IMG/VR virus record: IMGVR_UViG_3300037160_000023 | Span: 1 to 51,934 of that record | Source: a virus | Lineage: Duplodnaviria > Caudoviricetes | Strand: one strand, 5' to 3' | DNA length: 51,934 bases | In this document: piece by piece, positions 8,690 through 17,717 of the stretch | Layout: every line of letters begins with the position of its first letter | How positions within the stretch are numbered: the first letter of the stretch is position 1 | Notes under the pieces: model-generated | Databases searched by the model: none | Told to the model about the DNA's origin: nothing | Seen by the model: the letters and a program-made list of their open reading frames with translations, nothing else | Position numbers and translations under genes: made by a program

Positions 8690-8967
8690 CAACGCGCAAC
8701 GAACAGCACATGCACCTTCCGTTGATCGAAAGATTGACGGAGCAACTTAAGGACACCGGCACGCCGGAAACCGAAGCGCGCGGTATGGCATTGTCAATCT
8801 TGCGCGATCGGGGCCACGTAGAACCCAATTCCGAAACGCTCACGGCTGAAGGTGCACGGCGTGATGAAATGGGAGCTGCGAGCCGTGCGATAGACCGCGC
8901 AACAAAACGCGCGCCCGGTAACTACACGTACGATACGAAAACCAATCGCGCCGTACGTAAGAGATAG
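8686..8967 (+). CDS. hypothetical protein
   Basis: 93 aa ORF coupled to the upstream stop. Confidence 0.6.
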   Translation: MTTRNEQHMHLPLIERLTEQLKDTGTPETEARGMALSILRDRGHVEPNSETLTAEGARRDEMGAASRAIDRATKRAPGNYTYDTKTNRAVRKR

Positions 8968-8978
8968 TACGTTTAAAC

Positions 8979-9299
8979 ATGTTTATAAATCCGTGGGCAC
9001 AGACACCCCCATCGCCGCAGTCTAAGACGCCTTGGGAAACCTTGTTAGAGCGTCTTAGCTTCGGCGTGCCCCCGGATATCGCATGCAGAGCTGCCGGTAT
9101 TGATTGGGAAACGATCAAAGACCGACCCGAAGTAGACAAGGCGCTTGCTGAAGGCGAAGTCTTGCTGTTTGAGCGTGCCCGGGACAGCGGCGTAACTGGT
9201 GTTGTACGGGCGGCGATGCGCCACGAAGTTAAGACGTGGTTGCCGAAGGCGGAACCCATACCGACGGGTGCGACGCTGGAAGAACTGTTACGGGATTAA
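8979..9299 (+). CDS. putative terminase small subunit (HTH)
   Basis: LSFGVPPDIACRAAGIDWETI...KALAEGEVLLFERA resembles TerS HTH plus oligomerisation helix; N-terminal NPW and TPWE. Confidence 0.5.
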   Translation: MFINPWAQTPPSPQSKTPWETLLERLSFGVPPDIACRAAGIDWETIKDRPEVDKALAEGEVLLFERARDSGVTGVVRAAMRHEVKTWLPKAEPIPTGATLEELLRD

Positions 9300-9393
9300 G
9301 CATGAACGGCGCAACGTTGTTCTTGTCACGTCGAATTGCGGCCGGCAGCTCGTAATCGTCCGTACGCGGTGGTTGTTCCCAAGGCATCTTCAT
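9229..9393 (-). CDS. small protein beginning MKMPWEQ
   Basis: ATG 9393 overlaps the stop of the 9390..9545 ORF (ATGA). Confidence 0.5.
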   Translation of the reverse strand: MKMPWEQPPRTDDYELPAAIRRDKNNVAPFMLNPVTVLPASHPSVWVPPSATTS

Positions 9394-9545
9394 TCCAGCG
9401 CTCCCAGTGGTGGGTGCAGCAACCGCCATTCTAGTTTGTGATCACGCTTGATTGGGGCTGGCTTTTCGTACGGCGGTACGGTGACATGACGCGAAGGCGG
9501 GCGCTGCGGCACCGTACACAGCGCGCAAATTAGCAATATCGTCAT
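9390..9545 (-). CDS. small hypothetical protein
   Basis: Hand-translated MTILLICALCTVPQRPP...LGALE; GGAGAG RBS. Confidence 0.5.
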   Translation of the reverse strand: MTILLICALCTVPQRPPSRHVTVPPYEKPAPIKRDHKLEWRLLHPPLGALE

Positions 9546-9567
9546 TTCGAAGCTCTCCGTCGCTAAG

Positions 9568-9612
9568 TGTATGACAATTTTAAACGTCTTGCAAGGCTCT
9601 TGTTGTATGACA
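9568..9612. promoter_or_regulatory. two TGTATGACA operator copies in a divergent intergenic region
   Basis: Exact 9-mers at 9568-9576 and 9604-9612. Confidence 0.65.
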
Positions 9613-9673
9613 TTTTTTCATGTATTCGTATTCGCGATGATTTAAACACCGTCGCCACATAGGAGGCTTCCCC

Positions 9674-10405
9674 GTGGTCAACATCGTTAACCAAGGTACG
9701 CTCGGCGGGGGGTTCCGCCATTATTCTGGTCTTTTGCCGACAGAGCCAATGAACGGCGGCCCGCAGGCGCAGGCTTCCGTACGCATCTTCCACGTACCGG
9801 CTGCCAACGCTGCCGCGATATATCGTGGCGACATTGCCGTGTTCGCGTCGGCGTCGATTGGCACGCAGGGCGCGGCCGATCTTCCCGCCAACATTTCCGC
9901 GCCGTCCGCGTCCGTCGTTATCGGCAACGGCGGCGGTTCGGGTCTTGGCAACCAGTCCATGGCACCGAATGCAACGCGCTGGGTGCCTGGTGATACCACG
10001 TCCGTCATTGCTGGCGTCGTTGTCGGCTTCGGCCCAATTACGCTGTACATGGCGAAGAACGGCTTCCAGTACGTGCCGGCGAGCACCGAAGCGTGGTTGT
10101 CGATCGAAACCGACCCGGATATGGAAATGGCTATCACGGTTCCGACCGTGCCCGGCACTGCGTTCAATCTGTTGCTGAACGATGGTGCGGACGTGCAGGC
10201 GAATGCCGGTTTCCAGTCAACCCGGTTCGGAATTTCCGGCGTGTCGCTGAACCCGGCGCTGGCTTCGACTTCGACGCTGCCACTTCGTGTGCTGTCTTCG
10301 GGCATGCAGATCGGCAATGACCCGACTGCGGCTGGCTTCGTTGCCAACTGTATGTTCAACAAGACGCGCCATTTCCGTGGCACTGGCGCGCTCGGGGCCG
10401 ACTAG
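9674..10405 (+). CDS. capsid decoration/cement protein
   Basis: GFR...MNGG...FHVPAANAAAIYRGD...GVVVGF...TDPD...LPLRV pattern of podovirus cement proteins; AGGAGG RBS; codon usage like the MCP gene. Confidence 0.65.
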   Translation: MVNIVNQGTLGGGFRHYSGLLPTEPMNGGPQAQASVRIFHVPAANAAAIYRGDIAVFASASIGTQGAADLPANISAPSASVVIGNGGGSGLGNQSMAPNATRWVPGDTTSVIAGVVVGFGPITLYMAKNGFQYVPASTEAWLSIETDPDMEMAITVPTVPGTAFNLLLNDGADVQANAGFQSTRFGISGVSLNPALASTSTLPLRVLSSGMQIGNDPTAAGFVANCMFNKTRHFRGTGALGAD

Positions 10406-10446
10406 CCGTACGCCAACAACGCAACAGCAAATGAGGATATAGGACA

Positions 10447-11013
10447 ATGAAAATTCCAAATGCTTTCCGCGTACCGGCGTTTATGCTGGCCGCGTTGCTC
10501 GCTTTGGCGCTGCCGGAAATACCGAACGCGCCTGCACAGACCGTCACGCAGCAGCCGCAGTTCATCGCTCCGAACACCATCAAGGATTTGGGGAACGGCC
10601 CGATTGAGCTGCGGACTGTCTTGGGCAACGCCTGGGCGTTCACGTCGTCCGGCTCCGGTGTCGGGTCTACGTCGGGTTCGGCCACGCTGTTGACGTTGAC
10701 GGCGACGCCAACAACGGTTCCGCTAGTTGGTGGCATTATTTCGGGTGCCGGCATTACCAGCGGTACGACCGTGTCCGCGTACAGCGGTGTGAGTGTAACG
10801 CTTTCCGCTGCCATGACCGTCGCGGCGTCTACGCCAGTTGCTTGGGGTGCCGCGTGCCCGGCGTTCAGCGGCGGCTTACCGGCCCCGAACCTTCCGCTGC
10901 AGGCAGGTACAGCACCCACCGATTTGCCGCTGTACACGCAGGCCCGTATTTGCGGTTACTCGGCTAACGGCCCCGGCGCTACCGTACTGCCGTTTGCCAT
11001 CGGCGCACACTAA
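10447..11013 (+). CDS. Ser/Thr/Gly-rich protein with predicted signal peptide (putative virion appendage)
   Basis: MKIPNAFRVPAFMLAALLALALP...APAQ; GAGITSGTTV...VTLSAA beta-rich segment. Confidence 0.65.
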   Translation: MKIPNAFRVPAFMLAALLALALPEIPNAPAQTVTQQPQFIAPNTIKDLGNGPIELRTVLGNAWAFTSSGSGVGSTSGSATLLTLTATPTTVPLVGGIISGAGITSGTTVSAYSGVSVTLSAAMTVAASTPVAWGAACPAFSGGLPAPNLPLQAGTAPTDLPLYTQARICGYSANGPGATVLPFAIGAH

Positions 11014-11018
11014 GCGTC

Positions 11019-12092
11019 GTGTTCGCACTTGGGGCCATTGTGTCGCTTTGCTACATTCCGGGTTTAACCGGAGCGTCAATCGCGACACAGTGGCCGGTGT
11101 TATCTATTCTGCTCCCGCTGGCGTTGTGGCGTTCCGGCCCGATGACGCCGCTGCATTGGATAGGGTTGCTTTTTATTGCGTATGCTGCCGTACGCGTGTT
11201 CTACGCCCCACTCTTTGCCGATAGCGTGTACGGATTGTGGTTAGTCTGCATTATGGCCCTAAGTTTCTGGTTAGGTTCTACCATGGACGACTTGCGAAAA
11301 CTTTATGCGGGGCTGGCAGTCGGGGCGTCGGTTTCATCCATGGTTGCCGTTTTCCAATACTTCGGCGTTTCTGTAGTTCCGTACGTCACTCCGACCCCTG
11401 CCGGGCTGTACGTCAACAGCGTAGTGCAGGGTACGGTGCTGGCGTTGATCGTGGTTGCGCTGGTTTCGGAGCGCATGTGGCTGTGGGTGCCGCTGCCGAT
11501 ATTGGGCATTGCACTGTCCGGCTCGCGCGGTGCGTGGCTCGCTTTGGCGGCAGGTTTACTGGCCGCGTACGTCCGTCGCGCATGGGTTTTTGTGATCCTG
11601 GGTGCTGCCGGTTTGCTGCTTTTGATGCAGCCGCTATCTTCGTCCGACGTGTTGCGACTAACTATCTGGACGGCAGCTGTGCATAATTTTACCTGGCTGG
11701 GTTGGGGTCCTGGGTCTTTCTTTTCGTGGCTACTCTGGTACGATAACAACAGCATTTACCCGGAGTACGCCCACAATGATGCGCTTCAGCTCGTTTTTGA
11801 ATACGGCATTGCGGCTGTTCTTCCTTTCAGCATTTTTGCTTTCGTCCTTACACGCAACAGCGATCGTATGTGGCCCGTTATCGTCGCATTCGTCACTGCC
11901 GGGTGCTACTCAATGCCGCTTTATATGCCAGTTGCTTCGTTCATCGGGTTGGTTACTGCGGGCCGCATTGTTCGTTCTTGGGCTTTGGTTCGGCGTGAGC
12001 GCAATAGCCGGCGATTTGACTTCGTACCGCGCGAACACCGTTACGCAGCTCAACCAGGCAGTACAGATATTCCCATGGTCGCGCGTTCTTAG
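11019..12092 (+). CDS. O-antigen ligase/Wzy_C-family polytopic membrane protein
   Basis: About 10 TM segments; SGSRGAW, RLTIW, WLGWGPGSF and AHNDALQLVFEYG motifs. Confidence 0.85.
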   Translation: MFALGAIVSLCYIPGLTGASIATQWPVLSILLPLALWRSGPMTPLHWIGLLFIAYAAVRVFYAPLFADSVYGLWLVCIMALSFWLGSTMDDLRKLYAGLAVGASVSSMVAVFQYFGVSVVPYVTPTPAGLYVNSVVQGTVLALIVVALVSERMWLWVPLPILGIALSGSRGAWLALAAGLLAAYVRRAWVFVILGAAGLLLLMQPLSSSDVLRLTIWTAAVHNFTWLGWGPGSFFSWLLWYDNNSIYPEYAHNDALQLVFEYGIAAVLPFSIFAFVLTRNSDRMWPVIVAFVTAGCYSMPLYMPVASFIGLVTAGRIVRSWALVRRERNSRRFDFVPREHRYAAQPGSTDIPMVARS

Positions 12093-12109
12093 AGAAAGGG
12101 CTTACGTCT

Positions 12110-12427
12110 ATGGTCGCACCGGCAGCCGTTAATAACCAACCGCGTAGCTTTCAACAGTGGCAGGCGATTGCTGCAACACCGTTGGACTTCAACCTTGATG
12201 CCGGCGCGTACGGTTTGTTGGTATCCGCCAGCGTATTCGGTACGGCGACGCTGCAAAAGTTTCTGCCGGATGGTGCGGGCGGTGGTGTTTACCTTCCCGT
12301 GTCCGCCGCGCTCGCCGCAAACGGCTATACGGTGCTCCAGCTTTCGGCCGGACAGTATCAAATGACGCTTGCCGGCATTACTGCGTTCACGGGCGAGATA
12401 GCGAAGATCGACGTGGGACGGAGATAA
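12110..12427 (+). CDS. small virion-associated protein
   Basis: Beta-rich 105 aa ORF (FGTATLQK...GQYQ). Confidence 0.6.
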   Translation: MVAPAAVNNQPRSFQQWQAIAATPLDFNLDAGAYGLLVSASVFGTATLQKFLPDGAGGGVYLPVSAALAANGYTVLQLSAGQYQMTLAGITAFTGEIAKIDVGRR

Positions 12428-12428
12428 C

Positions 12429-12707
12429 ATGCGCGTTACCATCATCAAGGACGACAACAAGGTACTGGTGGACGGCACCGGCCACACGGTTGACTGCAGC
12501 ACGCTGCCAGATACTTTTCATGCGCTGCAATGGGACGGCGTACGCGGCGAGATTGAGTATCGCAGAACGCGGTGCGGACACTGCGGCGCTCATTCGAAAA
12601 AGGGCAACGAATTTATTACGGACTTGTCGCCGTATCAGACGTACGTTGACGCTTGGCACGTCGCGGACGTTGCAGCCAAAGCGGGGGCTGCGGATGCTGC
12701 CGGATAA
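12429..12707 (+). CDS. tail-fibre assembly-type small protein
   Basis: MRVTIIKDD...VDG...FHALQWDG..GEIEY pattern seen next to phage tail fibres. Confidence 0.6.
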   Translation: MRVTIIKDDNKVLVDGTGHTVDCSTLPDTFHALQWDGVRGEIEYRRTRCGHCGAHSKKGNEFITDLSPYQTYVDAWHVADVAAKAGAADAAG

Positions 12708-13002
12708 GAAAATCGGATGCCATCGGCTTGTGCGCAAGTGCCATGATGGCGTCGTTAAGCACCACTGCCAACTGTGGATGCAAATTCGTGGGCGCGACCC
12801 GCAGACCGGCGCTGAAATAGACCGTTGGAGCTGCGCAGACGCGCTGGTACCGACGTTGTTGATTGAAAACGCGCAAATGTCGCGGCAGACCGGCGCGGCA
12901 GTTGAAAGCCTGCGCAACGAAATAACCGGCACGAAAAACCAGCTACGTGACCTTATCGGAGTAATCGGCAACGTACGGCGCATCGGACAGGCTGCGGAAT
13001 GA
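12694..13002 (+). CDS. conserved Cys-rich phage protein (tail-fibre associated)
   Basis: CQLWMQIRGRDPQTG...WSCA...LLIEN...QTGAAVESLRNE. Confidence 0.7.
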   Translation: MLPDKKIGCHRLVRKCHDGVVKHHCQLWMQIRGRDPQTGAEIDRWSCADALVPTLLIENAQMSRQTGAAVESLRNEITGTKNQLRDLIGVIGNVRRIGQAAE

Positions 13003-13063
13003 TTGAAATGAGGTATCCGCAATGGCAGTTCCGTCAGTGGTACTCGGAAGTAGAATATCTCTG

Positions 13064-13345
13064 ATGATAGAGCAAACTATCACTGTGGGCAACATTATCG
13101 AAATAGCCTCAATCATCGGTGGCGGTATTGCTGTGCTTGTGACCATGCGTTCTACGGTTGGCAACATCAAAGAACAAGTTCAGGGGATGCAACTAGAAAT
13201 CAAAAAACTGGCTGAAGTGATTACCCGCATGGCGGTGACCGACATTCGCTTGAATAATTTGGAAATGGACGTTCGCGAAATGCGCCATGGGCGCGGGTTT
13301 GTCCAAGGTTCGCGGTCTGGAATTGATGGCGAGTACCCGCGCTAA
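13064..13345 (+). CDS. single-TM plus coiled-coil protein (holin/antiholin-like)
   Basis: TITVGNIIEIASIIGGGIAVLV followed by heptads. Confidence 0.6.
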   Translation: MIEQTITVGNIIEIASIIGGGIAVLVTMRSTVGNIKEQVQGMQLEIKKLAEVITRMAVTDIRLNNLEMDVREMRHGRGFVQGSRSGIDGEYPR

Positions 13346-13432
13346 ACCGCCAGTTTAAACGGCTAGCAAATCGTCTTTTTCTGTGCTAGACTTTTGATCG
13401 CGGCAGGGACCAAACCCACGGAGAGCGATCAA

Positions 13433-13729
13433 ATGGAAAACCTAAAAGCAGATTTTGGCGGCATGCTCGAAAAGCTTGCTGCGTTGGAAGTGTCGGCCCG
13501 AAGGCTGCCGAACCAGCATCTTGCCGATCTCATCAAGGCGTCGCACGGCCGTTTGACTTCGGCGGCTTCGCATCCCGACGTCGATTTGCTGGCGCTGCAG
13601 CTCGATCGCGACGGCCGCGACGGCATCCACAACACTGCCGACAAGTTCCCGGAAAATCAGGACGGCAGGCCGTTTCCGGGCGGCCCCGACGCTCCGAATA
13701 ACTTCGATTTGCCACACCATAGCGTATGA
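13433..13729 (+). CDS. hypothetical protein
   Basis: GGAGAG RBS, ATG 13433. Confidence 0.6.
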   Translation: MENLKADFGGMLEKLAALEVSARRLPNQHLADLIKASHGRLTSAASHPDVDLLALQLDRDGRDGIHNTADKFPENQDGRPFPGGPDAPNNFDLPHHSV

Positions 13730-13914
13730 GCAAGGGCCTGCCCACTAGAGCGAAAGCTGGCGTTCCGGGTAAGACTGTGACGTACAGCCCTGCCACGTAT
13801 TTCATTGCGAAGCGCATGGAAAACGCTGGCATGCTTCGACCCGGGCAGGCCCTACTTCTTGCAGCGGCGCTGCCGGACAAAATCAAACCGCCGAAGAAAG
13901 GCAAACGACGATGA
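13726..13914 (+). CDS. small basic hypothetical protein
   Basis: ATGA-coupled ORF. Confidence 0.55.
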   Translation: MSKGLPTRAKAGVPGKTVTYSPATYFIAKRMENAGMLRPGQALLLAAALPDKIKPPKKGKRR

Positions 13915-14174
13915 CGAAATTCAAAGGTTTAAAGACGGGGTTCAATCCGAAAGGCAGCAACGATTGCTGCCCAAATGAAATGGGGCCGCCCAAGACGAAG
14001 TTCGGCGGACGCCCTGCGGTGCCGGCCGGGCCGCTGAAGCGCTACCCCGGTGCGGTGGCAGATATCGGCATGGGCAACCGGCGTCTTGCCAAGTCAAATC
14101 ACGGTGACGGTGGCGGCAGCGGCACGTCGTTCAGCACCACGGGCGGCAATGCCTTCGGACGTGGCAAGCGCTAG
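13911..14174 (+). CDS. Gly/Lys-rich hypothetical protein
   Basis: ATGA-coupled ORF. Confidence 0.55.
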   Translation: MTKFKGLKTGFNPKGSNDCCPNEMGPPKTKFGGRPAVPAGPLKRYPGAVADIGMGNRRLAKSNHGDGGGSGTSFSTTGGNAFGRGKR

Positions 14175-14182
14175 GAGTTGCC

Positions 14183-14596
14183 ATGTTCTATCGCCCGGGC
14201 GGGGGTCAGAGGATCAACCCTCAATATGACATGGTGTACGCGGACTTCATTAATGGTGCAACTGCTTGGTGTCCAGTTAACAAGGGTGATACCATCGCAG
14301 TAAACGTCGCGCGTGCAGCGCTCACGTTCCAAACGGTTGCGCAAAGTCTGGTGACCAAATCGGCAGTAGCCCCCGAAGTTCAAATCTTGATGGAATTGAA
14401 AATGTTCGGCGGTGACTCGGACGCTGCTGCGTGGCCCGTCGATCAATGGCAAAATATGGTGGTGGCGACGTCACGCCGCGCATCGCGCGCCGGTTGGGTA
14501 CGCCTGCGGATTATCAACATCAACAACAGCGACGGCACGGGCGTTGCCTTGGCGCTTCAGATAACCCGCACGGGAGATAGCGGCGCGGTGACGTGA
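14183..14596 (+). CDS. putative virion protein
   Basis: AGGAG RBS; beta-rich, GWVRL motif. Confidence 0.6.
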   Translation: MFYRPGGGQRINPQYDMVYADFINGATAWCPVNKGDTIAVNVARAALTFQTVAQSLVTKSAVAPEVQILMELKMFGGDSDAAAWPVDQWQNMVVATSRRASRAGWVRLRIININNSDGTGVALALQITRTGDSGAVT

Positions 14597-15225
14597 TGGG
14601 AGGCTTTGACAACGGCAGCTTGCAGGGCGGTATATTTTTCCAAACAAAACAGTTTGGATCAATCCTGCGTGGCTTCGGTCCGCCAGCTCCGCAAGCTGGC
14701 GTCATGGGTGACGTCTACATAGACGTACAGACGTGGAACCTTTACAACAAGCGATCGGAAAACGACACGGACCCGTGGGGGCACTATCTTTTTGTAGTGC
14801 CCGCGCCGTACCGCGCTACGTTGAAGTGGTTCAACTCTTACGCACCGGATGACAGCGTAGGCATCGCAGGCGATTACTGTCTGTTGTGGGCCGGCTATTC
14901 CAACTACGGCATGCAGCCATCCGTGTACGGTCCCAAGCAAGCCACGGGATGGCCTGAAAACGGCAACGGCGGTACGGTGTCAATCGCTGCGGCTGGCGCG
15001 GGGACTGTGTTGCCCGTTGGGTTGTTGGACGAAGGTGCACCAATTCCGTACAGCATTTCAACGCAGTTAATCGTTGTTGGCTTGTCCGATGAATATATTC
15101 TTGCCGTTCCGGTTGCGGCGAACGCAGGTGACCCGGTAACACAGCAAGGGCTCCAATCCGGCCCCGTTGCTGTAACAGTCATGTTGAACCCGCTGTACAC
15201 GGCAATAGATGGACATGCGCTATGA
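14596..15225 (+). CDS. putative tail protein, paralog A
   Basis: GFDNGSLQGGIFFQTKQFGSILRGFGPP...GDVYID...DPWGHY; strongly similar to the next gene. Confidence 0.75.
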   Translation: MGGFDNGSLQGGIFFQTKQFGSILRGFGPPAPQAGVMGDVYIDVQTWNLYNKRSENDTDPWGHYLFVVPAPYRATLKWFNSYAPDDSVGIAGDYCLLWAGYSNYGMQPSVYGPKQATGWPENGNGGTVSIAAAGAGTVLPVGLLDEGAPIPYSISTQLIVVGLSDEYILAVPVAANAGDPVTQQGLQSGPVAVTVMLNPLYTAIDGHAL

Positions 15226-15237
15226 TGGGAGGCAGCC

Positions 15238-15675
15238 ATCTCTGGTTTTGACAACGGCACGCTTCAAGGTGGCATTTTCGCCCAAACGAAACAGTTTGGT
15301 TCGATTTTGCGCGGCTTCGGGCCGCCCGTGCCGCAAGCTGGTGTTGTCGGCGATCTTTATATTGACGTTGACACGTTCCAGGTTTTTACGAAGCGTTCAA
15401 CGGATGCGTCGGCTGATGTTGACCCGTGGGGGCATTACATTTTTGTTGTTCCCGACACGTACACAGCTACGTTGAAATGGTTCGTCGCGACGATGCCGAC
15501 GAACGACATAGGTGTGGATGGCGATTATTGTTTGCTGTGGGGCGGGTACCCAAATTACGGCATGCAACCTGCGATCTTCGGTCCGAAGGCTGCAGGCGTG
15601 TGGCCCGGTGCGCCGGCCGATATCGCTGTGACTTTGAACCCACTTTATACAGCAGAAGATACGCATGGTTTATGA
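15238..15675 (+). CDS. putative tail protein, paralog B, with non-canonical ATC start or disrupted start
   Basis: GGAGG-CAGCC-ATC TCT GGT TTT GAC; homology to paralog A starts well upstream of the track's 15307 start. Confidence 0.65.
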   Translation: MSGFDNGTLQGGIFAQTKQFGSILRGFGPPVPQAGVVGDLYIDVDTFQVFTKRSTDASADVDPWGHYIFVVPDTYTATLKWFVATMPTNDIGVDGDYCLLWGGYPNYGMQPAIFGPKAAGVWPGAPADIAVTLNPLYTAEDTHGL

Positions 15676-16801
15676 TCCCGCAACAGATTTTTTGGCACTG
15701 TGGCGCAACGTTGCAGGTGCGGTGTCCAAAGTTGAAATGCCTACTTTGGACCTTACGCTTGCTGCGCTTGCGCGTGCGGGTTTGTTTACGCTGTCCGTGT
15801 CTGCCACTGCGCCCGTCGCAAATCAAAACACCACTGCATGGTTGCAGACGGCAGTTCCAAGTAATTCGGCCGAAGGCACCTTGCATCTTTGGGACCCGGA
15901 CGCCGCAGCGTACGCACCCGCCACGGCTGCGTTGTTTCTGCAGCTCTTGGAAGCGTCGGCGGGGCAGACGGGTGTTTCTTGGTTCCCAACTACGGGCGGT
16001 CCTCCTATTAACACGGTGGGGAATGACGGCGACTTCGCCATACGTACGGATGAACCCGGGGGCATTTACGGGCCGAAGGCGGCAGGCGCGTGGCCGGCAG
16101 ACCCCATTCCGGGCACTACCGACATAATCGGTAGCGAACAACTGGACCTTACTTTCGGCGATACTCCGGGCGCGCTTATCATTCGCGGACCCGCTGTGTG
16201 GCAAGCGCTGGAAGTAGGGGCTGCAAACGACGTCATGACGGCCGGCGCAATCCCTACGTGGGAAACGCTGTCTGCGCTTATGGATGCGGTGTTTGGAGCT
16301 GTGCAAGGTGATATTCTTTATCGGGACGTAGCGACGTGGGCAACGCTGGCTCCGAGTGCCACCGCTGGATTTATTTTGCAAAACAACGGTCTTGCGTCTA
16401 ACCCGTCGTGGGCGTCCCGTACGACAGAGTTTCCGTCCGGCACCGTCATGTTGTTTCAACAAAGCGCGGCACCCCCGGGATGGACAAAACAAACAGCGAT
16501 CAACGATTACGGCTTGCGCGTCACGTCCGGTTCGGTGGGTTCTGTTTCGGGTTCGGCGTTCAGCACTGTGTTTGCGCAAACTGCGGTTGGCAACACCACG
16601 ATTACAACAACCACGATGCCTTCGCACACTCACACGTCGCCGGCACCTGGAGCAACCATAACGGTTGTCGCGGCAGCGGGCGCGGCGGTTTCGCAACCAG
16701 GTGCCAACACGACGGGCGCAACGGGCGGCGGCGGTTCGCATAACCATTCCGTAAATCTTACTTTGTCGTACGTAGACGTCATCATAGCAACGAAAAACTG
16801 A
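15665..16801 (+). CDS. short tail fibre with YDPxTDFL N-domain and collar-like C-domain
   Basis: GNDGDF, GDILY and FPSGTVMLFQQSAAPPGWTK...MPSHTH motifs. Confidence 0.8.
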   Translation: MVYDPATDFLALWRNVAGAVSKVEMPTLDLTLAALARAGLFTLSVSATAPVANQNTTAWLQTAVPSNSAEGTLHLWDPDAAAYAPATAALFLQLLEASAGQTGVSWFPTTGGPPINTVGNDGDFAIRTDEPGGIYGPKAAGAWPADPIPGTTDIIGSEQLDLTFGDTPGALIIRGPAVWQALEVGAANDVMTAGAIPTWETLSALMDAVFGAVQGDILYRDVATWATLAPSATAGFILQNNGLASNPSWASRTTEFPSGTVMLFQQSAAPPGWTKQTAINDYGLRVTSGSVGSVSGSAFSTVFAQTAVGNTTITTTTMPSHTHTSPAPGATITVVAAAGAAVSQPGANTTGATGGGGSHNHSVNLTLSYVDVIIATKN

Positions 16802-16802
16802 C

Positions 16803-17102
16803 ATGAGCTACGACCCAACAACTGATTTTCTTGGATTACTCCGCCGTATGCCTACCGGCATTGAACTAGCACGCGCGCCGTTGCTTGATCTTGTGGTTGA
16901 TGCGCTAGCGCGTGCGGGCTTGTTCAAACTCTCAATTGGGCAGACAGCACCCACAGCTAATCAAGCCACAACAGCGTGGCTACAACCGGCGCAACCGTCG
17001 TGGACAGCCGAAGGCACGCTATGGTTATGGGACGCCGGTACGTCGGCGTACGTCGTTGCTACACCAGCGTTGTTCTATGCACTCTTGCAAGCGTCGGGGT
17101 AG
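16803..17102 (+). CDS. stand-alone YDPxTDFL tail adaptor domain
   Basis: Paralog of the N-terminal ~100 aa of 15665..16801. Confidence 0.75.
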   Translation: MSYDPTTDFLGLLRRMPTGIELARAPLLDLVVDALARAGLFKLSIGQTAPTANQATTAWLQPAQPSWTAEGTLWLWDAGTSAYVVATPALFYALLQASG

Positions 17103-17108
17103 GGCGAA

Positions 17109-17717
17109 ATGAGCTACAGCCCGATAACTGATTTTATTGCGCTACTTCGCCAAACCAGCGGTGGCGTACGTACAGAGCGCATGCCGGGTCTTGACTATTT
17201 GGTGGCGGGACTTGCACGCGCTGAAATGTTTTCTATTTGGGTGGGTTCCGCAGCACCTGTCGCTAATCAAGCGACTACAATATGGTTTCTGCCGGCGTCG
17301 CCGTCGTGGGTGGCGGAAGGTGCGGTGTTTCTATGGAATGCATCAACGCAGAGCTACCAACCAGCGACGCCTGCGCTGTGGAACGCATTATTTATTGGTA
17401 CAACTTTAGCAACTGTATTTCAGTCTATTGCGGTCGGTGCGGGGGCGATAAACCCGTCAACTACGTTACTCGCAATTGAGAGGGCTAACCCCGGAGCTAC
17501 GGCCCTTACCCTTCCGGCTGTTGCTACGCGTACGCGGGCGCTTCAAATTGTGGATTGGTCCAGTGCTGTTGTGAACCATGCTATTACACTGACACCGGCA
17601 GCGGGTGAAACCGTTATGCGGTTGACGTCGTTCGAGCTACTCTCTACGCCGGATCAACTTTCCGGCGTCACTCTAAAACCTTCAACAGACCTTATCGGAT
17701 GGGTTGTAGCGCCATGA
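17109..17717 (+). CDS. tail adaptor protein with YxPxTDF N-domain
   Basis: Third paralog, plus LTLP...IVD...ITLTPAAGET domain. Confidence 0.75.
   Translation: MSYSPITDFIALLRQTSGGVRTERMPGLDYLVAGLARAEMFSIWVGSAAPVANQATTIWFLPASPSWVAEGAVFLWNASTQSYQPATPALWNALFIGTTLATVFQSIAVGAGAINPSTTLLAIERANPGATALTLPAVATRTRALQIVDWSSAVVNHAITLTPAAGETVMRLTSFELLSTPDQLSGVTLKPSTDLIGWVVAP

Noticed and set aside
15467-16804. 445-aa minus-strand ORF and similar long antisense ORFs
   Set aside because: Arg/Cys-rich shadows of well-supported genes in GC-rich DNA
14596-17717. Tail paralog repeats as a diversity-generating retroelement
   Set aside because: No reverse transcriptase recognised, and the differences are not adenine-specific
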